In this document: positions 19,610-29,341 of the stretch, piece after piece
How positions within the stretch are numbered: the stretch's first letter is position 1
How the letters are laid out: each line of letters opens with the position of its first letter
From: Ostreococcus lucimarinus
Taxonomy: Eukaryota
Direction: 5' to 3' (one strand)
NCBI GenBank assembly: GCA_000092065.1
Contig: CP000582.1
Length of the DNA: 64,000 bases
Notes under the pieces: model-generated
The model's database searches: none
Told to the model about the DNA's origin: nothing
The model's input: only the letters and a program-made list of their open reading frames with translations
Translations under genes and position numbers: made by a program

Positions 19610-19775
19610 ACCCCCCTTAAATAATTTGTGTAATAATTTACGAGCGCGTGCGACTGCGCCGTCGCGTCCGTCGAAGAAATTCCGCTCGCCGCCGCGCTCG
19701 ATATCCAGTACTGGCAGCGCTGTTCAAACGCGTTGCCCGTCCGCGCGTGCCGCACACACGCGCGCGACGCACGAC

Positions 19776-21575
19776 ATGCTCGTCGCGCGCGCGCGCGCGA
19801 CGACGCGCGCATCGCCGCGCGCATCGCGCGCGCGCGCGTCTTCCGCACCTCGCGTCGCCCGTCGCGTGGCCGCGCGCGCGACAAAGTTGACGATGGGTCC
19901 GGTGGGACAACCTGTCCCGAATGGATACGGCGATTATTACCCCACCCCGCGCGACGATCGCCGCGCGGGCGTGATCATGCACCCCACGAGTCTGCCCGGA
20001 GCGTACGGGATCGGCGACGCGGGCCCGGAGGCGCGCGCGTTCGTGGATTGGATGGCGAAAGGAAAGATGAGTATCTGGCAGGTGCTGCCGCTCGTGCCGC
20101 CGGGACGTCCGATACCGGGCGTGCGGGAAGACTATTGGTCGCCCTACAGCGGACGCGACGCGCACTGTGGAAATACGCTCGTGATATCGCTGGATGATTT
20201 GGTCGCGGACGGGCTGCTCGAGACGAAAGATTTGCCGAAGGCGTACGGCGGAAGCGAAAACGTGGATTTCGGACGCGTCGCGGCGACGAATGAGCCGCTG
20301 ATTGCAAAGGCGGCGGAAAAGTTGCTCGCGATGGCGAGTGGTAGTGGACTAAAGGGGGAGTATGATGCGTTCTGCGCGCGCGCGGATGTGAAGGCGTGGT
20401 TAGATCCCGCCGCGACGTTCGACGCCATCGATTCGACGCCGGAACTCTTGGGTAAATATTGGTGGGATTGGCCCGCGGAATATCGCGATCGCGATCCAGG
20501 CGCGCTCGCGGCGATCGAAAGCGAAAAAGCGAGTTCGATTGAACTCTTCAAGGCGACGCAATTTCTGTTCCATGTGCAGTGGATGCGTTTGAAAAAGTAC
20601 GCCAACGATAGAGGCGTTTCTCTGGTGGGCGACATGCCTATCTACGTCGGCGGTCACAGCGCCGACGTGTGGGCGAATCAAAACTTATTCTTGCTCGGTG
20701 ACGATAAACGCCCGTCGGCGTTGGCGGGTGTACCACCCGACGCGTTCTCCGAGGACGGTCAGTTGTGGGGTAACCCGTTGTTTGATTGGGGCGAGCACGC
20801 GCGAACGGATTACGCGTGGTGGGCTCAGCGATTGAAGCGCACGCTCGAACTTCACGACGAGGTGCGCATCGATCACTTCCGCGCCTTTGCGGCGTACTGG
20901 GAAGTCGAAGCCGGCGCGCCGACGGCGAAGAGCGGTCGATGGATGGTCGGTCCGGGGGTGGATATGTTCAACAAGCTCAAGCCGGCGCTCGGCGACGCGA
21001 AAATCGTCGCGGAAGATCTCGGGGTCATCACCGCCGACGTCGTCGATTTGCGTCAAGAGTGCGGTTTCCCGGGTATGGTTGTCCTTCAGTTCGCGTGGGG
21101 TGGTAACGGGCGCAACCCGCACTTGCTGCACAACCACTACGAAAATTCATTTTGCTACCCGGGCACGCACGACAACGAAACGTCGCAAGGCTGGTACGCG
21201 CAACAGGACGAGGACACCAAGCGCCGCTTGGAGGCGTACGCCGGCATCGCCTACGGCGACGGCGCGTGGGGCATGATCAAGGCTGGGATGTCCAGCGTGA
21301 GCAAGGCGTGCGTATTCACCATGCAAGACGTCCTCGCCCTCGGCAACGAGGCGCGCATGAACACCCCCGGCGTCGCCGACGGCAACTGGTCCTGGCGCAT
21401 CGGTGAACCGGGCGTTTTCGCCACCCTCGACGCCGAGGCGCACAAGCTCGCGAGTTTAGCCACCGTCTACGATCGCGTCGCCGACCCGGACGCGCAGTCC
21501 ATGCGCGAATCCTGTCAATCCGTCGCCGGCGGCGGTCGAGGCGGCTTATTCGGTTTAGGCTTCTGGATCTTCTAG
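19776..21575 (+). CDS. DPE1: 4-alpha-glucanotransferase (disproportionating enzyme, GH77), plastid-targeted
   Basis: The first real ATG is at 19776 (MLVARARATT..., R/A/S-rich presequence). GH77 blocks are RRAGVIMHPTSLPGAYGIGD, WSPYSGRDAHCGNTLVISLD, VSLVGDMPIYV, VRIDHFRAF, IVAEDLGVIT and YPGTHDNET. Confidence 0.93.
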   Translation: MLVARARATTRASPRASRARASSAPRVARRVAARATKLTMGPVGQPVPNGYGDYYPTPRDDRRAGVIMHPTSLPGAYGIGDAGPEARAFVDWMAKGKMSIWQVLPLVPPGRPIPGVREDYWSPYSGRDAHCGNTLVISLDDLVADGLLETKDLPKAYGGSENVDFGRVAATNEPLIAKAAEKLLAMASGSGLKGEYDAFCARADVKAWLDPAATFDAIDSTPELLGKYWWDWPAEYRDRDPGALAAIESEKASSIELFKATQFLFHVQWMRLKKYANDRGVSLVGDMPIYVGGHSADVWANQNLFLLGDDKRPSALAGVPPDAFSEDGQLWGNPLFDWGEHARTDYAWWAQRLKRTLELHDEVRIDHFRAFAAYWEVEAGAPTAKSGRWMVGPGVDMFNKLKPALGDAKIVAEDLGVITADVVDLRQECGFPGMVVLQFAWGGNGRNPHLLHNHYENSFCYPGTHDNETSQGWYAQQDEDTKRRLEAYAGIAYGDGAWGMIKAGMSSVSKACVFTMQDVLALGNEARMNTPGVADGNWSWRIGEPGVFATLDAEAHKLASLATVYDRVADPDAQSMRESCQSVAGGGRGGLFGLGFWIF

Positions 21576-21797
21576 CCGCGCGTTCGCGACGATCACCGAC
21601 GTCCCGTCCGATCCGCGCGCGCGCGATCGACGCCCGCGCACCACCCTCTCACTTCCCATCGCGTTCTTCGCTACGTCCGTGCGGATTGAATTACAAAAAG
21701 AAACCTACGAGCCTTCGCGCGTCGTCTCGCGCGTCCCGCTCGCGTCCCTTAGGGGTATCCTCGCCGTCCCGTCTCTCGTCGTCTCTTCGCTCTTCGC

Positions 21798-22118
21798 TCA
21801 CGTCTCCTCGAGTTCGCTCTCGTCCAGGTGCGCGATGAAATCTTTCCCGCCGTTCGGGTTCGGGATCGCCACCTTGACCGCGAGCGTCGCGCTCGTCGTC
21901 GCGCCCTCGTGCGCGTCCGCGCGCGAATCGACGACGCCCGTCATGCCGATGAGATCCGTCGCCGCGCCCTTTGATTTCGGGACGTGGTACACGACGACGG
22001 ATGATTTCACGCGAACCTTCGCGCCGACGCCGAGCGCGGCGCGGGCGACGACGGCGGCGCGGGCGGGAGGGCGCGCGACGGCGCGCGCGAGGGGGGCGCG
22101 CGAGGACGACGCGAACAT
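21798..22118 (-). CDS. Ferredoxin-thioredoxin reductase variable chain, plastid precursor
   Basis: ATG at 22118; 106 aa. The sequence KVRVKSSVVVYHVPKSK..DLIGMTGVV.....DFIAHLDESELEE parallels the plant FTR variable-subunit pattern ..VRV...LKVYHV.....DL.GMEG......F.AHLKEDEFE, recalled from memory. Confidence 0.72.
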   Translation of the reverse strand: MFASSSRAPLARAVARPPARAAVVARAALGVGAKVRVKSSVVVYHVPKSKGAATDLIGMTGVVDSRADAHEGATTSATLAVKVAIPNPNGGKDFIAHLDESELEET

Positions 22119-22232
22119 CGCGGCGAGAGGCGCGAAGTGCGGACGAAGGGGCGAAGTCGAAAGCTACGATGCGACGGGGTGCGTGTTGAAAAGAATCGAT
22201 TCGACGAGGCGATCGGTGGGGCGACAGGACGG

Positions 22233-23394
22233 TCACGCGTCGGCGTCGTCGCGGTCGGCGCGGTCGGTGTGGTCGCGAAGCGACATCGCGAGCGCGGCGC
22301 GAAGCTCGGCGTCGTCGTCGTCCTCGGCGGTCGCCGTCGCGGCGTCGGCGATTTCGGCGCTCGGACGCTGACCCATGCTCAGCGCGAGGGCTTGTTGGAG
22401 TAAAGCGTCGTCGTCGAGCATCATGGGATCGGCGGTGGCGTCGACGGGGGAGGTGTCGGCGCTGCCGGCGCCCTCGCTCGCGGCGACGCCCTCCTCGGCG
22501 GCGGCGGGCGCGGACGCGCCGGCGGCGGCGGCGGCTTCCTGACGCGCGCGCTCTTCTTCGAGCGAAATTCGCAGCGCCATCATCAACGCTGGATCGTCTC
22601 CCATGTCTCCCATGTCTCCCATGCCCTCGAGGCCCTGCATCGCCGCCTGCGACTGCGCCGCCGCCGCCGCCGCCGCGAATCCGCTCCCCGACGCCGCTCC
22701 GTCTTGATTGAAAATCGCCGTCCCGCACAAGACATCGCTCAGATTCGCCCCCGGCTCGACGACGACCAGATTCGAGTTATTATTCTTATTCACGCTCGTC
22801 ACGAACGCGTCCAACTTCTCTCGATTCGCCTCGACGTCGCCGAACGACACCACGTCCACCGCCACGTTGCACTTGCGCAATTTTTTCCCCACCGCTCGCA
22901 GCGCCTCGATCTCATCCCTCAGCGGGCTTCCGACGAACAGCACGATCCGCATTCGCTGGTGTTTATTCTGTCTGTGTTTCAGCGCCAAGTGCGCCACCTG
23001 GACGCCGACGCAGACGTTGATCTCGCCCTCGATCTTCACCCCGTGCACCGAGTTGAGCACCGCGCCCAGGTCCTGCGTCGGCGTCGTGAGCACGCGCGGC
23101 GTCTTTCCCGCCAGCGACAGCACGCCGACCGCGTTCTCGGGGTTGCTCTGCGTCTTCGCCCCGGCGAGCAGGTTCAATGCGTCCGCCTCGGCCTGCGATC
23201 GCGCGGCGCGCGTCAGTCGTCGCGTCGCGCGCGTCGTCGGTCGTCGGTCGTCGCCGCGGTCGTTGGGCGATCTGCGCGCGAGAAAAACGTCGCGCGCGGC
23301 GCGGCGCGCGCACCTGAAGACGCGAGGGGGCGTAGTCGGAGTTGCGAACGTGTTCGCTGTTATCGAGACACAGGATCGTGGCCTCGAGGACCAT
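22233..23394 (-). CDS. RPN10: 26S proteasome regulatory subunit RPN10/S5a, two exons: join(22233..23192,23314..23394)
   Basis: Exon 1 is MVLEATILCLDNSEHVRNSDYAPSRLQ (ATG 23394) and ends CAG|GTGCGCG. Exon 2 follows GATCGCAG| and begins AEADALNLLAGAKTQSNPENAVGVL. A VWA domain is followed by UIM-like motifs (DPALMMALRISLEEE, ALLQQALALSM, ELRAALAMSL). Splicing restores the conserved SRLQ..A.NLL.GAKTQ block. Confidence 0.92.
23193..23313 (-). other. RPN10 intron (121 nt)
   Basis: Donor GTGCGCG at 23313. ACTGAC at 23217..23212 lies 19 nt before the acceptor CAG ending at 23193. Phase 0. Confidence 0.88.
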
Positions 23395-23525
23395 GACGCG
23401 CGCGCGGGGGGGGGTGTGACGCGATCGAGCGCGGAGGCGCGGCGACGCCGAGGCGAAGCGGCGAAGCGGCGCGCGGATTACAAAAGCTCGAGACGCGAGC
23501 GTGGGGCGCGCGAAGCGCTGGGTGA

Positions 23526-24530
23526 CTAGACGACGCCGACGAAATCTTCGCCCTCCCAATCGTCGTATATGGAGCGGCGCGCGAGGTCGGGAACGGGGGC
23601 GTCGCAGTCCATCGCGTCCGTCGCGTCCGTCGCGTCCGTCGCGCGCGCCGCGTCGGACGACGGCGCGAATCCCGGACGCTTGCGAGGCGTCGGGGTGACG
23701 GCGTCCCAACCGGGGCTCATGTCCGCGCGCGATGGAAGCGTGGAGCGCGTCGCGACGTCGGCGGCGCGCAGCGGCGCGAGGCGGACCACGGGAAGGCGTC
23801 GACCGTCGCGCGCGGCGGCTTCGGCTTCGGCTTTGGCGCGCGCGCGCGCCTCGGCGGCCTCGGCCAACTCTCGCGGCACGTACTCTCCGGGTTTCAGCGT
23901 CCCGTTCGGTCTCGCGAGTGGATCCACGGGCACGCGAACCATCTCCTCGTCGTCCTCCACCGGCGGATCGTACGCGTGCAACAACCGTCGCCACTTGCGC
24001 ACCGCGCCGTCGAACGCGCGTTTCGACATTCCCGCGCGAATGTTCGGCGTCCACGCATCGCTCGATCTCCTCGCGCTCTTCGCCACGAGCTCGCGATATC
24101 GCGCGTACCCGAGCGTGTTCTTCCCGTAATCGATCTGTCGCTGTCGTTGTCGCAGCTTGTGCGGATCCGTCTCCTCGCGCGTCGTCGCGTCGTCGCCCGA
24201 GCCGCGCCGCGCGTCGCCCGCCGCGGCGTTCGTCAGGTCGTACACGTCCTCGATCTCCCCGTCTTCGATCGCGCGCTTGACGTCGATTCGTTTGCGTTCG
24301 TTCGAGCGCCTCGCGCGCGCGCCCTCGCGCGATCGCGCGACGAGGCCGCGCGAGACGTCGCCGTCGCGCGTCGCTTTTCGCGCGCTCGCGGGCTTGACGA
24401 TCGCGCGCGCGGGCGCGGTGCGCTTGACGTTGGCGTCGTGCTTGCGCGCGAACGGACGGTGCGATGGCGATTCGTCGTCGCGCGCGGCGCGCGGCGCGCG
24501 CGAGGGCGACGGACGCGGACGAGGCGTCAT
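23526..24530 (-). CDS. SLBP: Histone mRNA stem-loop binding protein (SLBP)
   Basis: ATG at 24530. The SLBP RNA-binding domain reads HKLRQRQRQIDYGKNTLGYARYRELVAKSARRSSDAWTPNIRAGMSKRAFDGAVRKWRRLLHAYDPP. Confidence 0.85.
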   Translation of the reverse strand: MTPRPRPSPSRAPRAARDDESPSHRPFARKHDANVKRTAPARAIVKPASARKATRDGDVSRGLVARSREGARARRSNERKRIDVKRAIEDGEIEDVYDLTNAAAGDARRGSGDDATTREETDPHKLRQRQRQIDYGKNTLGYARYRELVAKSARRSSDAWTPNIRAGMSKRAFDGAVRKWRRLLHAYDPPVEDDEEMVRVPVDPLARPNGTLKPGEYVPRELAEAAEARARAKAEAEAAARDGRRLPVVRLAPLRAADVATRSTLPSRADMSPGWDAVTPTPRKRPGFAPSSDAARATDATDATDAMDCDAPVPDLARRSIYDDWEGEDFVGVV

Positions 24531-24655
24531 GGAGTGGGGCGTCTGTCGCGACGCGATTTAAATAAAGTCGACGCGGCGGAGCTGATGTCGCGTCGGGCCG
24601 TTACAATGGCTCTACTAGGAAGCTAAGTTCGCGTTCGACAGATAAAAACGATCGA

Positions 24656-25854
24656 TTAGAAGCCGATGAACTTGGCGGCGAACACGTTGTTGTGCGCGGG
24701 ATCCGCCATGTGGGACACCAAGTTGGCCACCGGGCCGACGCCGGTGTGGTCGTATTGCACCATGATGCCGGCGAAGGCGACCATCGCGAGACGACCGTTG
24801 GCGATCTCCTTCGCCTTCAAGGTCTTCAAGTCACCCTTGGCGTAGCCGAGCGGGTCGAAGATGCCACCCGGGTAACCCACAACGCCAGCCGGGAGCTTGG
24901 CGTTGGAGAACGGCGTCGGATCTTCGCTCACCGAACCCGGCTTGCGAATGTCTTGCCATCTGCGCACTTCGGCCCAGTTCATCATGAGCATTTGCACCCA
25001 GAACAAAGTCGTGGCGTCGGTGAAGTAGCCGTCGTACGACGGGGCCTCGTGCCAGTTCGGCAAGTTGCTGATGCCCATGTTGGTGAGGATCTCCGGCGCC
25101 GCGGCGCCGGCGACGCCGAGCATCGCCCAGCGGCCGTGTTGAAGCTCGGCTTGCACGTACCACTTCAAATCCTCCGGATCCTTGCCGAGTTCGAGCGGAT
25201 CGAAGCCGTAATCACCCGGCAACTCGTTCTTCAAGTGCGCCGGCGCGGTCGCACCCGGCATCCACATCGGTTGCGTCGCGGCGCTCGCGCGCGTCTTCAA
25301 GCTTTGACGCTTTTGCGCCTTCGCCGCGCGCAAACTGCATTCGCGAAATCGCGCGTTCGTCGTCAGTCGCCCGTTCGTCGCGTTCGCGTCCCGTCCATCC
25401 CATCCCTCCCTCGCGCCGCGCGTCTCGCCGCGCCGCCTCGCCGCGCGCCGTCGCTCCCTCGCGTCGCTCGCGCGCCCGCGGCGGCGCCGCGGACGGCGTC
25501 GAGTCCGAAGCCCCGCGCGCGTCGCCGCGCGCGTCCCGCCCCGTCCCGCCGCGCCCGATCGCCGCTCGAACGTCCGCCCCCCCCGCGCCCTCGCGCGCGC
25601 TTCCGCGCCGCTCGATCGCCGCGCGCGACGCGCGAAATTCCCTCGAATCGAAATCCCCGTTCGAAGACGCGCGTCCGCGCGCGCGCGCCGCGTCCGCGCG
25701 CGCGCGAGCCCGTCGCCGTATCTCCCTCGCGCGATACGATACGATCGCGATACGACGCGCGCGATCCGTTCGCGGCGCGTCTCCGAGCGCGCGACGTCGC
25801 GTCGAGCGCGCACCTGGCGACGGCGGTGGAAGAGAATTGAACGGCGGCGGACAT
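24656..25854 (-). CDS. LHCA2: Chlorophyll a/b-binding protein of photosystem I antenna (Lhca2-like), two exons: join(24656..25334,25814..25854)
   Basis: Exon 1 is ATG(25854) MSAAVQFSSTAVA + AG|GTGCGCG. Exon 2 follows AATGCAG| and completes the Ser codon AG+T, giving MSAAVQFSSTAVASLRAAKAQKRQSLKTRASAATQPMWMPGATAPAHL.. LHC core blocks are GDYGFDPL, WYVQAELQHGRWAMLGVAG, RRWQDIRKPGSV, GYPGGIFDPL and KEIANGRLAMVAF. The rest of the 443-aa track ORF upstream is intron and non-coding sequence. Confidence 0.9.
25335..25813 (-). other. LHCA intron (479 nt)
   Basis: Donor GTGCGCG at 25813. ACTGAC at 25367..25362 lies 27 nt before the acceptor GCAG ending at 25335. Phase 2. The interior is CG-rich and low-complexity. 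Confidence 0.8.
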
Positions 25855-26085
25855 GACGACGGGTGTGCGTTTCGCGCGCGGGTGTGTCGCCGGCGCGCGA
25901 TCGGCGCGCGCGGCGATGGTTGGTGTTTATGTCACACATCGTTTGTGTGGGTTTGTAGTGACAGATATAATATAGCATGTCGGACATTCGGTATGTATTT
26001 AAGGGATTCGTAACGGTTTTATTTCACGCGCTCGATATATCCGTTCGGCGCGCCATCGCCCGCACAGCGCGACGCGGGCGGCGCG
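25855..26085. promoter_or_regulatory. Putative bidirectional promoter spacer between LHCA and the coiled-coil gene
   Basis: A 231-bp spacer separates divergent ATGs (25854 minus, 26086 plus). It contains the only AT-rich block nearby (about 25921..26040), with TATA-like strings GATATAATATAGC (25964..25976) and GATATAT (26034..26040). No TSS data are available. Confidence 0.35.
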
Positions 26086-27958
26086 ATGACGCGACGCGTC
26101 GACGCGAACGCGCGCGCCGTCGACGCGCGCGAGCGCGAGTGCGGTGAACTCAGGGTGCGTCGGAAGCGCGAACGCGACGCGAGATGGCGCGGACGCGACG
26201 CGAACGCGAACGATGAATGAATTCGAGTGACCGTTCGACCGTTCGACCGTTCGCGCGACCGTCGACGCGTCGACGGCGCGCGACGGCGACGCGGAGGCGC
26301 GCGCGACGGCGCGAAACGGTGATGCGAAACGCGTCGAACGCGCGCGAGCGAGCGCGAGGCGCGAGGACGGGCGCGGGAGACGCGAGGGGACGCGAGCGCG
26401 GACGGGGGACTGACGGCGAGGCGAGACGCGCGCGCGACAGGGATTTTCGCACTCGTTGCTCGGGAAATTGGACGCCGCGAGACAGGCTGGGAGGTTCGGT
26501 GAGGCGGAGATCGCGTTGTTGAAGGAAAAGCTCGCGATCGTGGTGAGCGCGTTTCAGAGCGAGCGGGAGAAGAGGGAGAAGGAATTGGAGGCGCTCGGGA
26601 GCGCGGCGCGCGTGGAGCTGAGCGAGCGAGAGTTCGCGTTGTCGAGCGCGAGATTGGAGCTCGCGGAGGCGAGACGGTTGATAAAGATTTTGGAAGCGAG
26701 AGAGGATAGTACGAGAGATGATCTCGACGAGGCTTTGACGGCGAATGAGATTTTGAAGGCGCAGTTGCTGGACGAACACGAGTGCGCTTCGACGCTTCGA
26801 CGCGAGTGCGCGCGGTTGCGCGAGGCGCTGCGAGATGCGGGCGAGGCGTTGGCGTACGCGGCGGAAAGAGAAGAAGAACTCACGAATAAGCCGGCGGGAA
26901 TGGATGACGTGGAGGTGAGACTCGAGCGTGAGGCGCAAAACGCAAAGATTGCGCGCTTGGAAGAAAAGCTCGTCGAGACGAGGGACGAAAACAAATTGCT
27001 CAGACGAGACTTGGTGGAGCGCGACGGAGAAAACTCAGAGTTACATCGCGCGGTTGCCGAGCGCGATGGTGCGCAGCGGTTCCTCAAAACGCAACTCGCG
27101 GACTGGAATCAGCGTTTGTACGCTCGCGCCGAAGGAAGCGACTCCCAACTCGCCGGTACGACGACGAGCGCGAGCGAAGGTTCGGCGACTGAACTGCGAA
27201 CGAGGTTGGATCAAGTCGAGATCGAACTCGGTGCGAAGACTGGCGCGGTTATCGCGTTGGAGCGTCGCGTGAAAGATCAAGACAAGGCACTCGAACGCGC
27301 GCGTGCGGAGATCGAAAAGATGCGCGAGAAGCTCTTCGCGCGCGAGACGACGGATGTCCGCGCCACGGCACCGAAGCAGCGATCCAAGTACGTCGAGGAC
27401 GCCGAGAATACCGCGGCGCAGGTTATGGAGACGCTTCGCGCGACGCGCGACAGACATGCAGAGAAGCGTAGTCGCGACGCTCGCGCGGCACGACGCGTCG
27501 GTGGCCCCAAGAGCGCGCAGAGCCGACCGGCGACGAAGAAACGCGAGCGAGCGCCGCCGTCATCCGTGGTCATTGACGCGAACGCCCCGTACCAACCGCC
27601 GCGAGCGAATGACGACGAGGACGAGGACGACGATGGCGATGATGACAGCGAGTACGAAGAAATTGACGTGCCGATCAAGCGCACGACGAAGAAGGGAATG
27701 TCGAAGAAGAAGTCAATCGCGCCCGCCGCCGCCAAGGAAAATGCCGCGACGGACGCCGCGCCGGCGAACGACGGTCCGCGCATGCCTCTCGGCATGCTTC
27801 AGATGCCCAAACTAGGCGCAAAGAAAGACAAGGGCGCGGTCGACGATGTCGCGCAGAAGAAGCGCCGATTGAATCGTCAATCGGCGATTCCCGAAGCGTT
27901 GCCGTCTTTAATGTTCGGCGTCGCCGACGGCGATTTTCAAGTCGCCCCGGCAAAGTGA
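26086..27958 (+). CDS. Coiled-coil protein of unknown function, two exons: join(26086..26154,26441..27958)
   Basis: The track ORF starts with TTG (26456) and has no nearby in-frame ATG. Upstream, ATG(26086) MTRRVDANARAVDARERECGELR ends AGG|GTGCGTC, and the segment has ACTGAC and a CGACAG| acceptor at 26440. Exon 2 stays in frame (GFSHSLLGKLDAARQ...). It contains long heptad-like E/R/L/A-rich stretches and an acidic/basic tail. Confidence 0.6.
26155..26440 (+). other. Intron of the coiled-coil gene (286 nt)
   Basis: Donor GTGCGTC at 26155. ACTGAC at 26409..26414 lies 26 nt before the acceptor ACAG ending at 26440. Phase 0. It contains a GACCGTTC x3 micro-repeat (about 26229..26252). Confidence 0.6.
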
Positions 27959-28272
27959 GCCACCCGAGAATTACCCTCGTTCGCGTCCTTTGCACGATGA
28001 AACACCACACGAGCTAAATACTATCACGCATCGCTGCGTCCTACGCGTCCCTCCCGCGCCGCGTCGCCCCCTCGCCGCCGCCTTCGCCGCGTCGACTCAA
28101 ACGTCCCGCGTCTCTCGCGCCGTCCCATCGCCACCAACCGCACCAACAGCCCCCCCACGACGAGCGCGCTCACCACGCACACCCCCACCAGCGCCTCGCG
28201 CGCGCGCGCCCCCCCCCTCGCGTCGTCTTTCCACCGCCAGTCCTCGAACATGCCCGCACACCGCGCCTCGCA

Positions 28273-29307
28273 ATGGCGTCCGTCGCCCCGCGCGCGCGCG
28301 CGTCGACCGCCTCGCGCGCGCGCGCGCGCGTCGCGTCGTCCGCGTCGGCGTCGTCGACCGCGCGTCGGCGCGCGTCGCGCTCGAAACACGGCGACGCGCG
28401 CGGCGTCGACGTCAACCGACGCGCGGTCGCGGTCGCGCTCGCGGTCGCGCTCGCGACGCGCGCGGCGCCGCGCGCGCGCGCGACGGCGACGACGACGACG
28501 GATGAATTCAACGCGCTCGAGCGACGGGCGAAGCGGGCGTACTACGCGCGCGATTTGAAGCGGGCGCGCGAGGACTTGACAGCCATCATCGCGATGGAGC
28601 CCGAGACGCCCGAGTGGCGCGAGCGCCGCGCGCAGGTGCTCGTCGACATGAAATTGTTCGAAGAAGCCATCGCGGATTACGACGAGGCGGAGCGAATGTA
28701 TCGAGCGATGTACGACGACGCGACGACGACGTACAAGTCGCTCGGGATGCTGAGTAATCGCGCGTTGGCGTACGAAGGGTTGAGTCGCTGGGACGCGGCG
28801 ATCGCGGATTACTCGGAGGCGTTGAAGTACTCGTCGATGATGGGAGCGACGCCGCCGTACGTGCTGAATTCGCGTGGGAATTGTTATAACTCGATCGGGG
28901 AGTACGAGAAGGCGCTGGATGATTACTCGCGCGCGGCGGGCATTTTTCAGCAGTCTCGAAATCTTAGCGGAGCGATCTACGCGCAGAGCAACGCGGCGTT
29001 GATGCTCGCCGAACTCGGCCGAATCGACGAGGCGATAGAGGACATGGAAAAGGTTAAAAGACGAGCCGCCGGGAGCGTTGACATGCGCGCCGCGCTCGCG
29101 GCTCTCTATTGGTCGCGAGGGGAGGAGCAGCGCGCGGAGGATAATTGGAATTGGAGCTGCACGGCGATCAACAGTGGCCAAATGGTCGAAGGTGGTCCAG
29201 TGCTCGACGGCTGCGAGCTTTATCGCGATTACGATTGGCTCGGTCGCATTCGACGTTGGCCCCCGTCAATGGTGCAAAAGTTTAAAAGATTCATTGAGTT
29301 GAGTTGA
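28273..29307 (+). CDS. Tetratricopeptide-repeat protein with organellar-type presequence
   Basis: ATG at 28273. An R/A/S-rich N-terminus carries RRAVAVALAVALA. TPR-like repeats follow (..AIADYDEAERMY.., WDAAIADYSEALKY.., YEKALDDYSRAAGIF.., IDEAIEDMEKV..). Confidence 0.7.
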   Translation: MASVAPRARASTASRARARVASSASASSTARRRASRSKHGDARGVDVNRRAVAVALAVALATRAAPRARATATTTTDEFNALERRAKRAYYARDLKRAREDLTAIIAMEPETPEWRERRAQVLVDMKLFEEAIADYDEAERMYRAMYDDATTTYKSLGMLSNRALAYEGLSRWDAAIADYSEALKYSSMMGATPPYVLNSRGNCYNSIGEYEKALDDYSRAAGIFQQSRNLSGAIYAQSNAALMLAELGRIDEAIEDMEKVKRRAAGSVDMRAALAALYWSRGEEQRAEDNWNWSCTAINSGQMVEGGPVLDGCELYRDYDWLGRIRRWPPSMVQKFKRFIELS

Positions 29308-29341
29308 AAACAATGATTTAGTGATACAATAGTCGTTAGAT

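Noticed and set aside
21691-22728. A 345-aa Arg-rich minus-strand ORF spanning the FTR variable-chain gene and the 3' part of RPN10.
   Set aside because: It is out of frame with both conserved genes on the same strand. Its composition is RRRRGR-type filler. It would require overlapping coding in a different frame with no supporting similarity.
21798-25854. A run of five same-strand genes (FTRV, RPN10, SLBP, LHCA, with 114-131 bp spacers), read as a prokaryote-style operon or functional cluster.
   Set aside because: The genes are eukaryotic, two contain spliceosomal introns, and their functions are unrelated (redox, proteasome, histone mRNA, antenna). Compaction is the simpler explanation.
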